Below are positions 39,061 through 51,370 of a stretch of 64,000 nt of DNA, piece after piece. This DNA comes from Spironucleus salmonicida. Lineage: Eukaryota. The notes beneath the pieces were generated by a model. The model saw nothing but the letters and a program-made list of their open reading frames with translations. It had not been told where the DNA came from and ran no database searches. The stretch spans positions 1,116,001-1,180,000 of the forward strand of contig NC_090601.1 in NCBI RefSeq assembly GCF_000497125.1. The letters run 5' to 3'. Positions within the stretch are counted from its first letter, which is position 1, and each line of letters begins with the position of its first letter. The translations under genes and the position numbers were made by a program.

Positions 39061-39354
39061 ATGCAGTTCAAGTTTACGTCGGCTGAGACGGGCTTCACGG
39101 CGAGCGTGACAAAGGAGATCTCGTCGATCGCGCAGCTGTTCGAGATCGCCGGGGAGGCCATGGGGATCGCGGGCGAGTTCATCCTCCAGACGCCAGAGTA
39201 CCGCCTGGGGAAGGACGATCGCGTGAAGTTCCCGCAGCTGCAGCCGGAGAACGAGTACAAGCACTTTCTGGTGGTCCCGACCGGTGGAAGACAGCCGGCG
39301 CTTTAGGCGACGCTGGTGGACGTGGACCCAAGCGGGGGTGCGGAGGAAGTGTGA
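39061..39354 (+). CDS. Putative ubiquitin-like (beta-grasp) protein, 97 aa, GG at residues 75-76 (left copy)
   Basis: MQFKFTSAETG...HFLVVPTGG followed by a 21-aa extension; one TAG read through. Confidence 0.5.
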
Positions 39355-39383
39355 TTGTATATGTCGGCACTCGCTTCCTCAAA

Positions 39384-39899
39384 ATGAACAACATCGAAAC
39401 TGCGTACCTGCGCAGCAAAAAGCGCCTAGGGGGCCACCCCTGCCGCCTCGTCCTGGACCGCAGAATATGCGAGTCCCAGCTGTCGACCTCCAGATAGCTG
39501 GCCGCAGTACGGGAAAGCCGTGACCGCATAGCTCGAATGCCGTCGCCCCCACCTGATAGCGCTCCAGTCAACGAGCTGCAGTAGTTCTGGGCCCGCTAGG
39601 CCAAAACGGCAAGACTTTAGAATGAAATGACGCAGAGAAATGTCAGAGATGTCGAAATCGTCAACCAAAACGAGAAATAGATTGAAACCTACTATGCATT
39701 CGAACAGATAGAGACGGTGCGCCGGCGTCCACTAAGATAACGATTACCTGACGATATTTGGGATCTTACGTAAGAAATAAAGAGAGTGACTAAAGTAGAT
39801 GAATGGTTGGAGAGCGTACTTCTAGGCCGAATTGCAGTACAAACAATGCAGCTGCGAAGGATGCGGCGGGAATTGACCTACGGTTTTGATTTTGAATGA
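39384..39899 (+). CDS. Hypothetical protein, 171 aa (left copy)
   Basis: Code-6 ORF MNNIETAYLRSKKRLGGHP...YGFDFE*. Confidence 0.6.
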
Positions 39900-40281
39900 A
39901 ATATAATTATTATATAAAATATTCTTGTGATTTCAATTTAAAATCCGACCACCACTTCTCTATTTCGGCTCTTTGATATCCTGGACCCTGGACCGTTCCA
40001 GCTTCTGTAGAAATCTCTGAGACAATGAGAAGGCCCGTTTGCTTACCAGCTTTAGATTTTGCAGTCTGAGCTGAGTCGGGTTTGAATATTTTCAATTATT
40101 TTTTAACGTCATTTAGGTAGTGACTATATAACAAAGAACATTTTAGACAATAATATTTAGTCGTGTTTAACAAACAGCAGATGTATGCAAATGCATTTTC
40201 TTAGTGTTAGTTAATATTTAAGTTTTAAATTAATATTGTAATGGAAGCATGCAATACTAATTTAAGAATAAACTTATCGAA

Positions 40282-40917
40282 TCACTCTGCTAAGCAAGTT
40301 TTTGCAGATTCATATATATTATAAATAGTGCTAGTTGATCCAAACATGGTCCAGTCTACATTATAAACTCTGCAGCCCATTCCCTTAAGCTACTATACTA
40401 ATATTTTATAACATGCATCAAGTCCTTCTAAATATTCAACTTAAATGTTCATCTCGTAATCACGTTTTCTTATATTTTTTATTCTATAAAGGCAAGTTTC
40501 TGGCGAGACATCAAGATAAACTACTGCGGTTGGAAGAGGAATCTTAGAGACAATATCATTGTATTTAATTAAGTATTAATCAAACTAGTTCTATGATATG
40601 AAACCATCTTAAAACGCTAATCTCGCAAATACGGAATCTGAGAACACACTTCTATCTAATATAACTATATTATTCGGTTATTCAATAGCTATCTAGCATG
40701 CATGTTTATAGTGTTGTATTCTTTGTTCTAAAAACCACATTTAGAATTCAAAGGACCATTTTTTAGGGTCTTCATAGAACTTTGCCAAATAAGGGTTATC
40801 GGTAACGGGTTCCTCTAACGCATATAAATTGTACTCATTAGCTAAATTATGCAGTAATGATGTTTTACCGGCTGCTATACCACCCTCAAGAATCAAAAGA
40901 TTAGGCAGGGAATTCAT
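40282..40917 (-). CDS. Deoxynucleoside kinase (dNK/dAK/dGK family), 211 aa (left copy)
   Basis: Mirror of 41278-41913. Confidence 0.92.
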
Positions 40918-41277
40918 TATATAAAGGAGAGGTGAATTGAAATTTTGGTTATATTATATATTTAATATGTATCTACATTTTCACCCGGGAAATACAACTG
41001 AAGGATTCTATCTTTATTTATTGAACCTAATCAAATATATCTTTAATACTATTATTACAACAGAGTTACTAAAATCCAATTTGTATAATAGTGTCATACT
41101 TTTATTATTTGAAAAAAAATAGAAATCATCGATTTGATGTATTTAATTTAATTTTTATATTTGATTAGGTTCAATAAATAAAGATAGAATCCTTCAGTTG
41201 TATTTCCCGGGTGAAAATGTAGATACATATTAAATATATAATATAACCAAAATTTCAATTCACCTCTCCTTTATATA

Positions 41278-41913
41278 ATGAATTCCCTGCCTAATCTTTT
41301 GATTCTTGAGGGTGGTATAGCAGCCGGTAAAACATCATTACTGCATAATTTAGCTAATGAGTACAATTTATATGCGTTAGAGGAACCCGTTACCGATAAC
41401 CCTTATTTGGCAAAGTTCTATGAAGACCCTAAAAAATGGTCCTTTGAATTCTAAATGTGGTTTTTAGAACAAAGAATACAACACTATAAACATGCATGCT
41501 AGATAGCTATTGAATAACCGAATAATATAGTTATATTAGATAGAAGTGTGTTCTCAGATTCCGTATTTGCGAGATTAGCGTTTTAAGATGGTTTCATATC
41601 ATAGAACTAGTTTGATTAATACTTAATTAAATACAATGATATTGTCTCTAAGATTCCTCTTCCAACCGCAGTAGTTTATCTTGATGTCTCGCCAGAAACT
41701 TGCCTTTATAGAATAAAAAATATAAGAAAACGTGATTACGAGATGAACATTTAAGTTGAATATTTAGAAGGACTTGATGCATGTTATAAAATATTAGTAT
41801 AGTAGCTTAAGGGAATGGGCTGCAGAGTTTATAATGTAGACTGGACCATGTTTGGATCAACTAGCACTATTTATAATATATATGAATCTGCAAAAACTTG
41901 CTTAGCAGAGTGA
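41278..41913 (+). CDS. Deoxynucleoside kinase (dNK/dAK/dGK family), 211 aa (right copy)
   Basis: P-loop LEGGIAAGKT, EEPV..NPYLAKFYEDPKKWSF, LDRSVFSD, VYLDVSPETCLYRIKNIRKRDYE; absent from the ORF track because of TAR=Gln. Confidence 0.92.
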
Positions 41914-42295
41914 TTCGATAAGTTTATTCTTAAATTAGTATTGCATGCTTCCATTACAATATTAATTTAAAACTTAAATATTAACTAACACTAAGAAAAT
42001 GCATTTGCATACATCTGCTGTTTGTTAAACACGACTAAATATTATTGTCTAAAATGTTCTTTGTTATATAGTCACTACCTAAATGACGTTAAAAAATAAT
42101 TGAAAATATTCAAACCCGACTCAGCTCAGACTGCAAAATCTAAAGCTGGTAAGCAAACGGGCCTTCTCATTGTCTCAGAGATTTCTACAGAAGCTGGAAC
42201 GGTCCAGGGTCCAGGATATCAAAGAGCCGAAATAGAGAAGTGGTGGTCGGATTTTAAATTGAAATCACAAGAATATTTTATATAATAATTATATT

Positions 42296-42811
42296 TCATT
42301 CAAAATCAAAACCGTAGGTCAATTCCCGCCGCATCCTTCGCAGCTGCATTGTTTGTACTGCAATTCGGCCTAGAAGTACGCTCTCCAACCATTCATCTAC
42401 TTTAGTCACTCTCTTTATTTCTTACGTAAGATCCCAAATATCGTCAGGTAATCGTTATCTTAGTGGACGCCGGCGCACCGTCTCTATCTGTTCGAATGCA
42501 TAGTAGGTTTCAATCTATTTCTCGTTTTGGTTGACGATTTCGACATCTCTGACATTTCTCTGCGTCATTTCATTCTAAAGTCTTGCCGTTTTGGCCTAGC
42601 GGGCCCAGAACTACTGCAGCTCGTTGACTGGAGCGCTATCAGGTGGGGGCGACGGCATTCGAGCTATGCGGTCACGGCTTTCCCGTACTGCGGCCAGCTA
42701 TCTGGAGGTCGACAGCTGGGACTCGCATATTCTGCGGTCCAGGACGAGGCGGCAGGGGTGGCCCCCTAGGCGCTTTTTGCTGCGCAGGTACGCAGTTTCG
42801 ATGTTGTTCAT
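42296..42811 (-). CDS. Hypothetical protein, 171 aa (right copy)
   Basis: Mirror of 39384-39899. Confidence 0.6.
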
Positions 42812-42840
42812 TTTGAGGAAGCGAGTGCCGACATATACAA

Positions 42841-43134
42841 TCACACTTCCTCCGCACCCCCGCTTGGGTCCACGTCCACCAGCGTCGCCTAAAGCGCCGG
42901 CTGTCTTCCACCGGTCGGGACCACCAGAAAGTGCTTGTACTCGTTCTCCGGCTGCAGCTGCGGGAACTTCACGCGATCGTCCTTCCCCAGGCGGTACTCT
43001 GGCGTCTGGAGGATGAACTCGCCCGCGATCCCCATGGCCTCCCCGGCGATCTCGAACAGCTGCGCGATCGACGAGATCTCCTTTGTCACGCTCGCCGTGA
43101 AGCCCGTCTCAGCCGACGTAAACTTGAACTGCAT
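42841..43134 (-). CDS. Putative ubiquitin-like protein (right copy)
   Basis: Mirror of 39061-39354. Confidence 0.5.
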
Positions 43135-43694
43135 TAGGAGTGGAATTAGATGAATTACTTAAATGCCTCTAATATGAATTTAACCTGCTCATTATCGTCC
43201 TAAAACACCCGCAGCGTCATCGCGCTGAGCTCGAAATTGCTATAAAGAAGCAGCAAATGGAGAGGGAAATTGCGTGTAGAAACTGATCAAGTATGTGGAA
43301 TACTATCCGTATTCCGCGAGAATATCGAAAAAATCCGTTCCGCTTAAAAATTCGCCTTTTCGCGCAATCGATGTGAAGATGTGCCAGAAACTCAAAGAGA
43401 AAGCAGCAAAATGAGAGCTTTCGGGGATTTGGAATGACGATTTTGCAGATATGAGCGAAATGGCCGACGAGAAACGGCCAAGGGCAGGAAACTATCAGCG
43501 CGTGCACGATTCCGTGAAGGCCAAAATAGATATTTTTGTTTGGGAGGTAGTAGATTTTCTGTGTTCCGAAGTCTAATACGACTTATTTGAAAAGTAATAC
43601 AAGCATTATGTAAAATACTGTAAATAGCATTTTTATTATATAGTATAAAAGATATAATAATTAGTATTATGTAGTTTACCACTTCTTTGTCATA

Positions 43695-44018
43695 ATGTCT
43701 GAAAATTTTAACTCCGTGCTGAACATGTTATTCCCTGACGATACTGAGCCTCCTTATATTAAGGAGATATTGTAATAGGCAGATCGTCCAATAACAGCAG
43801 GTATCGGTGCCGAAAAAAATAGTATTAAGTAAGACACAGCAATGCGAATGAACAACACATTAAATGTTTTAAAAATAGCACATAAAAAGAACTTCGACTT
43901 TAGCGTCCGAAAGTAATAAAACTGGACTGGGAAACATTAGGTATAAAAAATTTAAGGAGATTCAGCAAAGATTATTAAGAAAAACAAAGGTTTTGACCGA
44001 TTCGCAGCTTTCAAATGA
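43695..44018 (+). CDS. Hypothetical basic protein, 107 aa
   Basis: Code-6 ORF MSENFNSVLNMLFPDD...FDRFAAFK*. Confidence 0.6.
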
Positions 44019-44075
44019 ATAAAAATAATGAAATTTCTAGTGAATTTAATGTTATTATTAAATTCTTTTAAAAAT

Positions 44076-44157
44076 CGACTGAGGTGGGAATTGAACCCAC
44101 GCATACAGAGTATAATAGCTTAGCAAGCAATCGCCTTAACCGCTCGGCCACCCAGTC
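44076..44157 (-). tRNA. tRNA-Ser (anticodon GCT)
   Basis: GACTGGG acceptor strand, TGGCCGAGCGGTTAAGGC D-arm, TTGCTAA anticodon loop, long variable arm, GGTTCAATTCC T-loop, discriminator G. Confidence 0.93.
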
Positions 44158-44703
44158 ATATTTAAAACAAATATGAATTAAGAATAATTTATCTTATGTA
44201 TATACATTATTATATATAAAACTACATATTACTTAAAATGTGTTTCTGTACATCTAAAAAAGTTCTCTAACAAAGAGATCTTTTTATACAACTTACCTCG
44301 CCTATTTAATTAATTTATCCTTAAGTGTCGTTAGTGTATCTTGTAAATGCAATCTCCCAGAATATAATTTTTGAACATGGTTATTAGGAAACTGATAAAG
44401 ATATCGACTTAAACAATATTATTCATACTCACTAACAGTCTTAAAACTTGGCAATTTTGTTTAAAGAAAAAGCTTGTCCCATAATTCATTTTGAAAAAGA
44501 TGATATATTAACTAGTGTGTACTCACTGAAGTAAGGAAATCTGCTAGTATTTCATTCCCACATTGTATAAGACTTAAATGGTTGCGATATTAAGATGCAA
44601 AATATCCTTATTAAGCTAATAGAAGCTATGAGTGAGATGGATTGAATCCTATTATAATAAAATACGACCACATCATGTCATATACTTAATAATAAAAAAC
44701 CAA

Positions 44704-45288
44704 TCACGCCATCGAGTGAACTTTTTCACTACAGCACATTCTACACAATCCGCAGCACTCACAACCACACCATCCAGAACAGCACCACCACATGAATACA
44801 AAGAAGAGCACGAAGGTAATAATAAATATAGCCAAAATAATAGCCATCATTGTATTGTATTTTGCATAGTAAAACTGATTCCTTTAATCATCAAGAGAGC
44901 TCTTAACGATGCAACTAAAATTTCCAATTTATGGAATATAGCCAACGGCAATAGTATCGTATACATCGATTCTATCCCTTTTTTTAATCTCGGAATCTTT
45001 ATCTTTAGCATACTAAACGCAAACTTTGCTATTATCAGTTTCAATTTTCCAAACATTTCCTGGCATTGAGATATTGAAGTAGAATGATGTCAACTATAAC
45101 TTTTCACTGATTTCCTTCACAGTGATTGACGTGGTCTCATTTTTGAAAGTAACGGTGCTGAATGCAAACGAAGTCAGCATAGAATCGGCCATAAGGACTG
45201 CGATAATGATGATTAACACGACTGATAGCACGCTGTAAGTGATTCTGGCGCAAAGATTTTTAAGCAGGTTGCAACAGCAGTTAGCCAT
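44704..45288 (-). CDS. Two-TM membrane protein with Cys-rich termini, 194 aa
   Basis: MANCCCNLL..TM1...TM2 (MMAIILAIFIITFVLFFVFM)WWCCSGCGGCECCGLCRMCC; code-6 read-through. Confidence 0.75.
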
Positions 45289-45627
45289 TTATAGTAAAGA
45301 AATAGAAAATGATTTGCATATTTAAAGCATATTTTTTTGATATTACAATTCCCCTCTCTTTAGCAACCTAAAGAACTCCAATTATACCTTAATACCCAAA
45401 TTACTATTTTAAAGATCTTCCGCTCCCTCTTTATAAACTCTGCAATAAAATTTATTACACGGTTTCTACTATTCTACTTATTAATGTAGAAAATTAAACT
45501 TTAACATCCTATATAATAATACTATTTAGAAAATTTATCCACACTACAAATTTTTAATTTTTCTAAAAATACATATTCGCTCTTATATACGCTAATATAC
45601 CTAAAATAAATTTTATCACACAACTGC

Positions 45628-48600
45628 TCAAACCTCGTCTATGTTCGTATTCACGCTCCCCACGCAGCCGATCCAGCACCCAGTGCCCCCGTTCACTTTC
45701 ACGTAGAAAACGCTCCGATACTGGCACCGGAACACTCTGTCACGCGTCATGTCGAAACTCTCGTCCTGAGGCGAAAATCTGACGCCAATTTCGCAGTTTT
45801 TGTGCGGTTTCTGGTTCTGGTGGCCCCCGATTTCGCCCTCAAGAAACGAGAATTCGAAGTGCGCGGGAACGTCCAAAACGACGACCCCCTCGCTCTCGTC
45901 GAAATAGACGTCCTGGAAGTCCGAAAACGATTTTTGACAACTTTCCGTCACTTTTCGAGCCATTTGCTGCTACTTATTGAATTGAATTTCAATTAGCTTT
46001 TCCACTCCAAATTTTTCTAAATTTTCGTTTTGCAAACCGAGAAATTCGCTGATTTTCACGTGCAAAATCTCGAATTTTGCGGCCAAAACGCTCGCATTTT
46101 CGAGCTTGAAAAACCGCAAATCCTCGCGGCGCGGGAACGTGTTTTTGAACTGCAGAATTTGACGCCGCGGGTAGAGCTCAGGAGCGGCGATAACGGCCTG
46201 AATCGGGTACGTCAATTCGTACGGAATCTGGTCAGAATTCTGGATTTTCAGAACGATTTTGCTCTGAATTTGACGCTGGCCGATTTCGCTCAAAATCAAA
46301 TTCTGAATGTCATTTTCGCTGTTATTCACAATGTTGAAAAACTAGAAAACGTCGCTTTTGGTCAACTTCAACGCAAATTCTACGCGACTCAGCGCGTCGA
46401 TTTTTAAGCACTTTTCGCTAATTTGGAGTGGAAAATCAATTTCAATTTCAATTTCAAGTTAGCTCTAACACTGACTCACGATATTCAAATTCTGCAAATA
46501 ATTTGAGCTGAAATTGCTCTGAAATTCGAGCGATTTCGCGCCGTCGCAGAATTTGATTTTCGGCGGCTCGCGCTCGCATTTCAGGCGCAGGAAGATGCCG
46601 TTGAGCTGCAAAATTCCCTCATAAACTCCAAATTTCTTCATATTCGTCGCCTTTATCGCAATTTGCTGCGATTTCATCGACAGGATTTCGGTCTCGGACG
46701 GCGAGCAGACGAAAAACGGCGTGTCCAGCAGCTAATTCGACGAAAAAAGACCCCCCGGGAACAGCTGAATTTGGTTCTGGGAGCTGTTGTAGTGAATTTG
46801 CAGCTTCAGGAAATTTTTGTTCAATTGCGAGATTTTGGGCTTTAAAAGCATCGATGAGCCCGTCGGATTGTGGATCGAAATGTTGATCGATTTCGACTGC
46901 GTTGAGCCCTGATTTTGAAGAATTAGGAAGGGCATTTCTTGCAAAATTTCGTCGTAAGTGGAAGGGGTTTTTAGCTGCGTTAGGTCCAATATAGCATTTT
47001 AATTTGACGCTTTTTTGAGCATTCGCTGGGTCGTTTTCTACGGCTATTTGACCTGAAAATCGCAAATTTCGAGGTCCAGAATTTCGATTTGGAGCGGGAT
47101 TTCGCACAGGAGGCGCTCCCAGCTCTGGCCTTGAACGGCCTCGTTCTTGTCGTTCTGGCGGATCATGCCTTGTTTTTCGTGCAAATTGTCGAAATTCTGC
47201 ACGAACGGGCAGCGGATGCTCACGTCTGGGCCGAAAGAGCTCACGTGAATGCGCATCGAGGCGTCGTGGAACTGAATGAAGCTCTCGATGTCGCCTGAGC
47301 GGTCCGGATTGATCGCGAAAAACGCGTTCGCCTTCGACTGCGCTCTGATTTTGATGATTTGGGGCGCAATTAAGTCCTGGCCGATTGCGATTTCGCAGAC
47401 GAAAATCGACGATGAGGGGTTCACGATCGTGAACGGAATCGTTATTGGGTGGTACGGGCGCGTCTGGATCGCGAAATCCTGAATCGCCGGATTTGTCGGA
47501 TTTAGAATGTCGAAAGATTGCTTGTAAATGTCCAGGTAGACGTACGGTTTGAGCGGTTCTAGGCGCTTTTTGAGCGTTGTGGCTGAGATTATGACATTGT
47601 TGTCCGAATCGATCAAATTTTGCGGTAATTAGGAGGCCATGACGCCGAATGCCTGAATATTTTTCTTGCAGACGATTGTGGAATCCTGGAGGCCTGGAAG
47701 CATCAGAATCGGCTTGCTTTGGTCCAATTCTAGCTCTACAACTTGGTCAATTTGCTATTTGCGCTGCCTGAACCACACAGAGAGTCCCGCCGGGGCGAGC
47801 TGAGACGGGATTTCGTCGATGTTCAAAAAGCTCGCATCGCCGCTCAGAACTGTCAAATCAACGCTAACGCTCGTTTTTCCCTTGTTTATCAGAATCAACT
47901 CAACAGGCTTCAATTGGTCATTTTCCGGCGCGTAGACATCAGTTCCAAATTCGACCTCCGGAGCCGCCACCGTGCCGTAAACGCGGCAGCACACATCGCG
48001 CTCAGACAAAAACCCACCTTCCATGAAAACTTGAGGCTGAAAAGGAGTGAAAAGGCGCTGCATTTCGCTCAAAGGAATCGCCTTATCGCGCAGCTGCTCG
48101 AAGAGCTTCAGCGACGAATTCTTGTAATTCAGCGACGAGTCCTAAAAGTTCAAAAACGGGTTCGCCGAAACCTGCTAAAACTGCTTCAGCGACGTCGACG
48201 GACGGACGGATTTCAGCGGCGATAACACGCTCCGGACGCTCATCGAAGAGCTCTTTCGCGCGTTTATTTCGATCTCTTGATTTTCGTGCGCCTTGACTTT
48301 TACGTGAATTTGCTTCAAAACCTGCTCGTAATAGAGCGTTCCTGGCGTATTTATGACGATAAACGCCTCAATCGGCCCCAAACTCAACGGACGAACTTTT
48401 ATGTGAATCGTTATATCACATTGCGGCGGAATGATCCCAGCGTGCGGGAACGCCATTATCGGCTCAGGCTCGTCGTAAACGGCCTGATTTCGCTGTATTT
48501 TGCCGCTTTTCCGCGAGCTTATTTGCACTTATTTCAGGTACTGGGGCTGGTAATTTACCGGAATTTCGCGGTCCAAATTCTCGTAAATCCCACGCGCATT

Positions 48601-50637
48601 TTGGCCGTTAAAAACGTCGCAAACGTCCGGAAAACTGACGTCGGAATTGACGATTTCGTGCTGTTTCGACCATCGAAAATGCACGCCGGAATCGTGCGGA
48701 ATCGTCACCAATTTGCTCGACGAACAGCGCAAATTCGTGCTCACAATGAACGGAATAAAGCAGTTTTGAGAGCAATTTCTGACCCGAAATTTGAACTCCG
48801 CTCCACTTTGGAGCGGAATGACAGAAAGATCGAGCGCCGGCTCCGAAATTAGAAGGTAGTCCGTGAGCGGAATCTGCTGCGTCTGCAGGTAGTTAATGGC
48901 AGCGCTAATTGACAGTTTGTGCTCTTTTAGCAAAGTGTCCGAAATGGAGTGGAAAATCGGAATTGAATTCAAAAGAATTCTGAAAATCGTGAAATTCTTG
49001 AAATTGACGTCCAAAATCGCCTTTTTGGGTCGCGGCGGCGGGATTTTTTGCTTGTGCAGAAACTCGGAAATGTTGTGCTGCTGCGAGTTCAGATTTTCGA
49101 TTTCTGGCAGCGCGAATTTGAAGATCAAATTGAGCGTTTTTTGGTCGTTTTCGGTCGAAAAAGCGAAGTTTTCGGACTCGAAATGCGTGTAAATGTTGTT
49201 CAAGTACCCGAGCGCGAGATTCGTCTCAAAATATCGCATTTGGTAGCTCACATTTTGACTTTCCACTCCCTCAAATTCGAAATTTATGCGCCGCAAAACG
49301 ACTTTTTTGCTGTCAATTTCGCTCGAAATGTTCAGAATTCGCGATTTTGGGAGGCGCTTTTTTGCGTAAATTTCGAGGAAATCGCTGCTTTTGAGGTCGA
49401 TTTCGGCCGTAAAATCGACCGGATTTTCGTCGATTTTCGAGATTTAAATCGCAGAATTCGCGATTTTTGCGCTGAAATTTATCAAAATTTCGTAGTTTTC
49501 GAGCGTTTTAATCGAAATTTGATGCGGTTTCGTCAGATTGTCCTGAAAATCGAGTTCCAGGGCTAAAATGCTGTTTCCGAGCATCGTGATGTCGTGCTGC
49601 TCCAGAACTGGCGTTTCCGGCTTCTGAAACTCGAAATAATCACCGAAAAATCGCTTTTCGTAGGCCAGAAATTGCTGCAATTTCGACGCCTAAAACGCGT
49701 TTTCGGGCGCCTGCGGCTCCTCGTATTTCTGCCGGAAATCGCAGTTTAGCGAGGCCTCGCTGCTCACGAAAAGCTCGATTTGGGGGTCGCTTTCGAAGGC
49801 CGAAATGTCGACTGAAGCGACGCGCAAAACTGAGCCTTTTGGGTCGTTTTGAGCGTTTTTGAGCAGAATTCGGCAGTTGTGCGGCTCGTCGTACGACTTG
49901 TTGATTTGCTGGATTTTGACGTCGAAAACGGAGCGATTTTGCTCCCGCCGGCAGCTCATTTCGCAGGGAATCGCGCGCTCGTCCAGGAGCACTTTTTCGA
50001 TGCTCAGGACGCCCGGCAAATTGCGCGCCTAAAGGGCGATAATGCTCGTCTGCTCGCCGCTGCGAATTTCGACTTCTGAGCTGAAAATTCCGTGCGAAAC
50101 CGGCAAAAAGCTTACTATGAGCTCCTGAGAAGCCCCGGGGGCCAAATTTCCGGCTAAATGCTGGATGTGGAAAGGTTGTTTCGGCGGTAGAATTATGAAG
50201 CGGCGTGAGGTTTTGCACGGATTTGTAATTATTATATTATTTGTATACAATTTTCCTGGAATGTAGTGTGAAAAACAGATAATATCGTTATTATATTATA
50301 AATAGTTGCTTAGGCCCGGAGTGTTTTTAATGAAATCGCCGACGTGGGCGAGCTTCGCGGCCTTCTGGTGCTCAGAGTGCAGGATTTCCGGGTTCAGGAG
50401 CGTCTTCGAGTTAAGATAATTCGTCTTGCAGTGGATGCGGTTTGCGTGCTTCTCGAGACTTTTTGTCGAAGAAACTTTCGCATTTTCAATTTGCTTTTTG
50501 TTCTGTTTTTAGTAGTTTTTGAATGCAGCAGTTTCTTGTGACACGTCGCGTGGAAGGGGCTTCAGGAGTGGTCGATTGCCGACTTGGAGCTGCTGCTGCT
50601 TTTCCAGTAGAATTGTATCCAGCGGAATTTGCGACAT
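45628..50637 (-). CDS. Large ASH/MSP Ig-like-domain ciliary protein, DLEC1(CFAP81)/CFAP74-like, 1669 aa
   Basis: Eleven listed minus-strand ORFs share one frame and join at TAR codons; FSHYIPGKLYTNNIIITNPCKTSRRFIILPP..F..GNLAPGASQELIVSFLP and FPHAGIIPPQ are ASH-type motifs. Confidence 0.75.
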
Positions 50638-51370
50638 TTTGTGGAAGGGAGGTTAGGTGATAATATGATATATTTTAATACAAAGGAAATGAGATGGAGA
50701 ATGTATGTATTAGTGGAAACATAAGTATATGGGGTAATAATCTAGTTCTAACAAATAATTTTGTGAGTATGATATGATAGACGTAGGCTCAGCAGTTTAT
50801 AGATTTTAATTATGAGAGTTTACTAACGTTGAGTACTAGATACTGAGCGAACAATAAGATATGGATTATTTACTATTCATATGATAATACTCTATCTTTA
50901 TAATAATATTAACCTCTTAAATGTGATAGAATACTCGTATTCTCAAGCTGAAGCTTTTGAAAAGTAGAATTTAATAGTTTAGTATTAGCACCTGTAAATA
51001 TTCTTGATTGAATTGGAATATTATTCTCTGTATTTACTCTAATATATATTTTATAAATATTTAGCATAGGTGCACTACTTTAGTAGGTTTATGAGCTGCT
51101 TAATGTGTCTGTGTTTTTTAGATGAATACTTCACATATGTTATATATAATTAATAAATTATATGTAAAAATCTAATAACTGTTACACAGAAAAAATACAA
51201 TAATAAAGATACATTTTAAAACTATAAAATTATATTACTGCCTCATCTGAAAAAACTATCAACTAAATTTAAAATTTATTTATGATAGTTCTTGTATACT
51301 AAGATTTCTCACTATATTGAATATAATATAGTAATATTTCGTAATATAACATATAATTTTTATCAATATA

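Larger units (their letters stand above)
39036..43159. repeat. IR3 palindrome: arms 39036-41039 and 41156-43159 (2004 bp), 116-bp AT-rich loop
   Basis: Mirror ORF track (coordinate sum 82195); edges checked base by base. Confidence 0.97.

Noticed and set aside
45802-50541. Numerous + strand ORFs over the DLEC1-like gene
   Set aside because: Antisense shadows of one long minus-strand CDS
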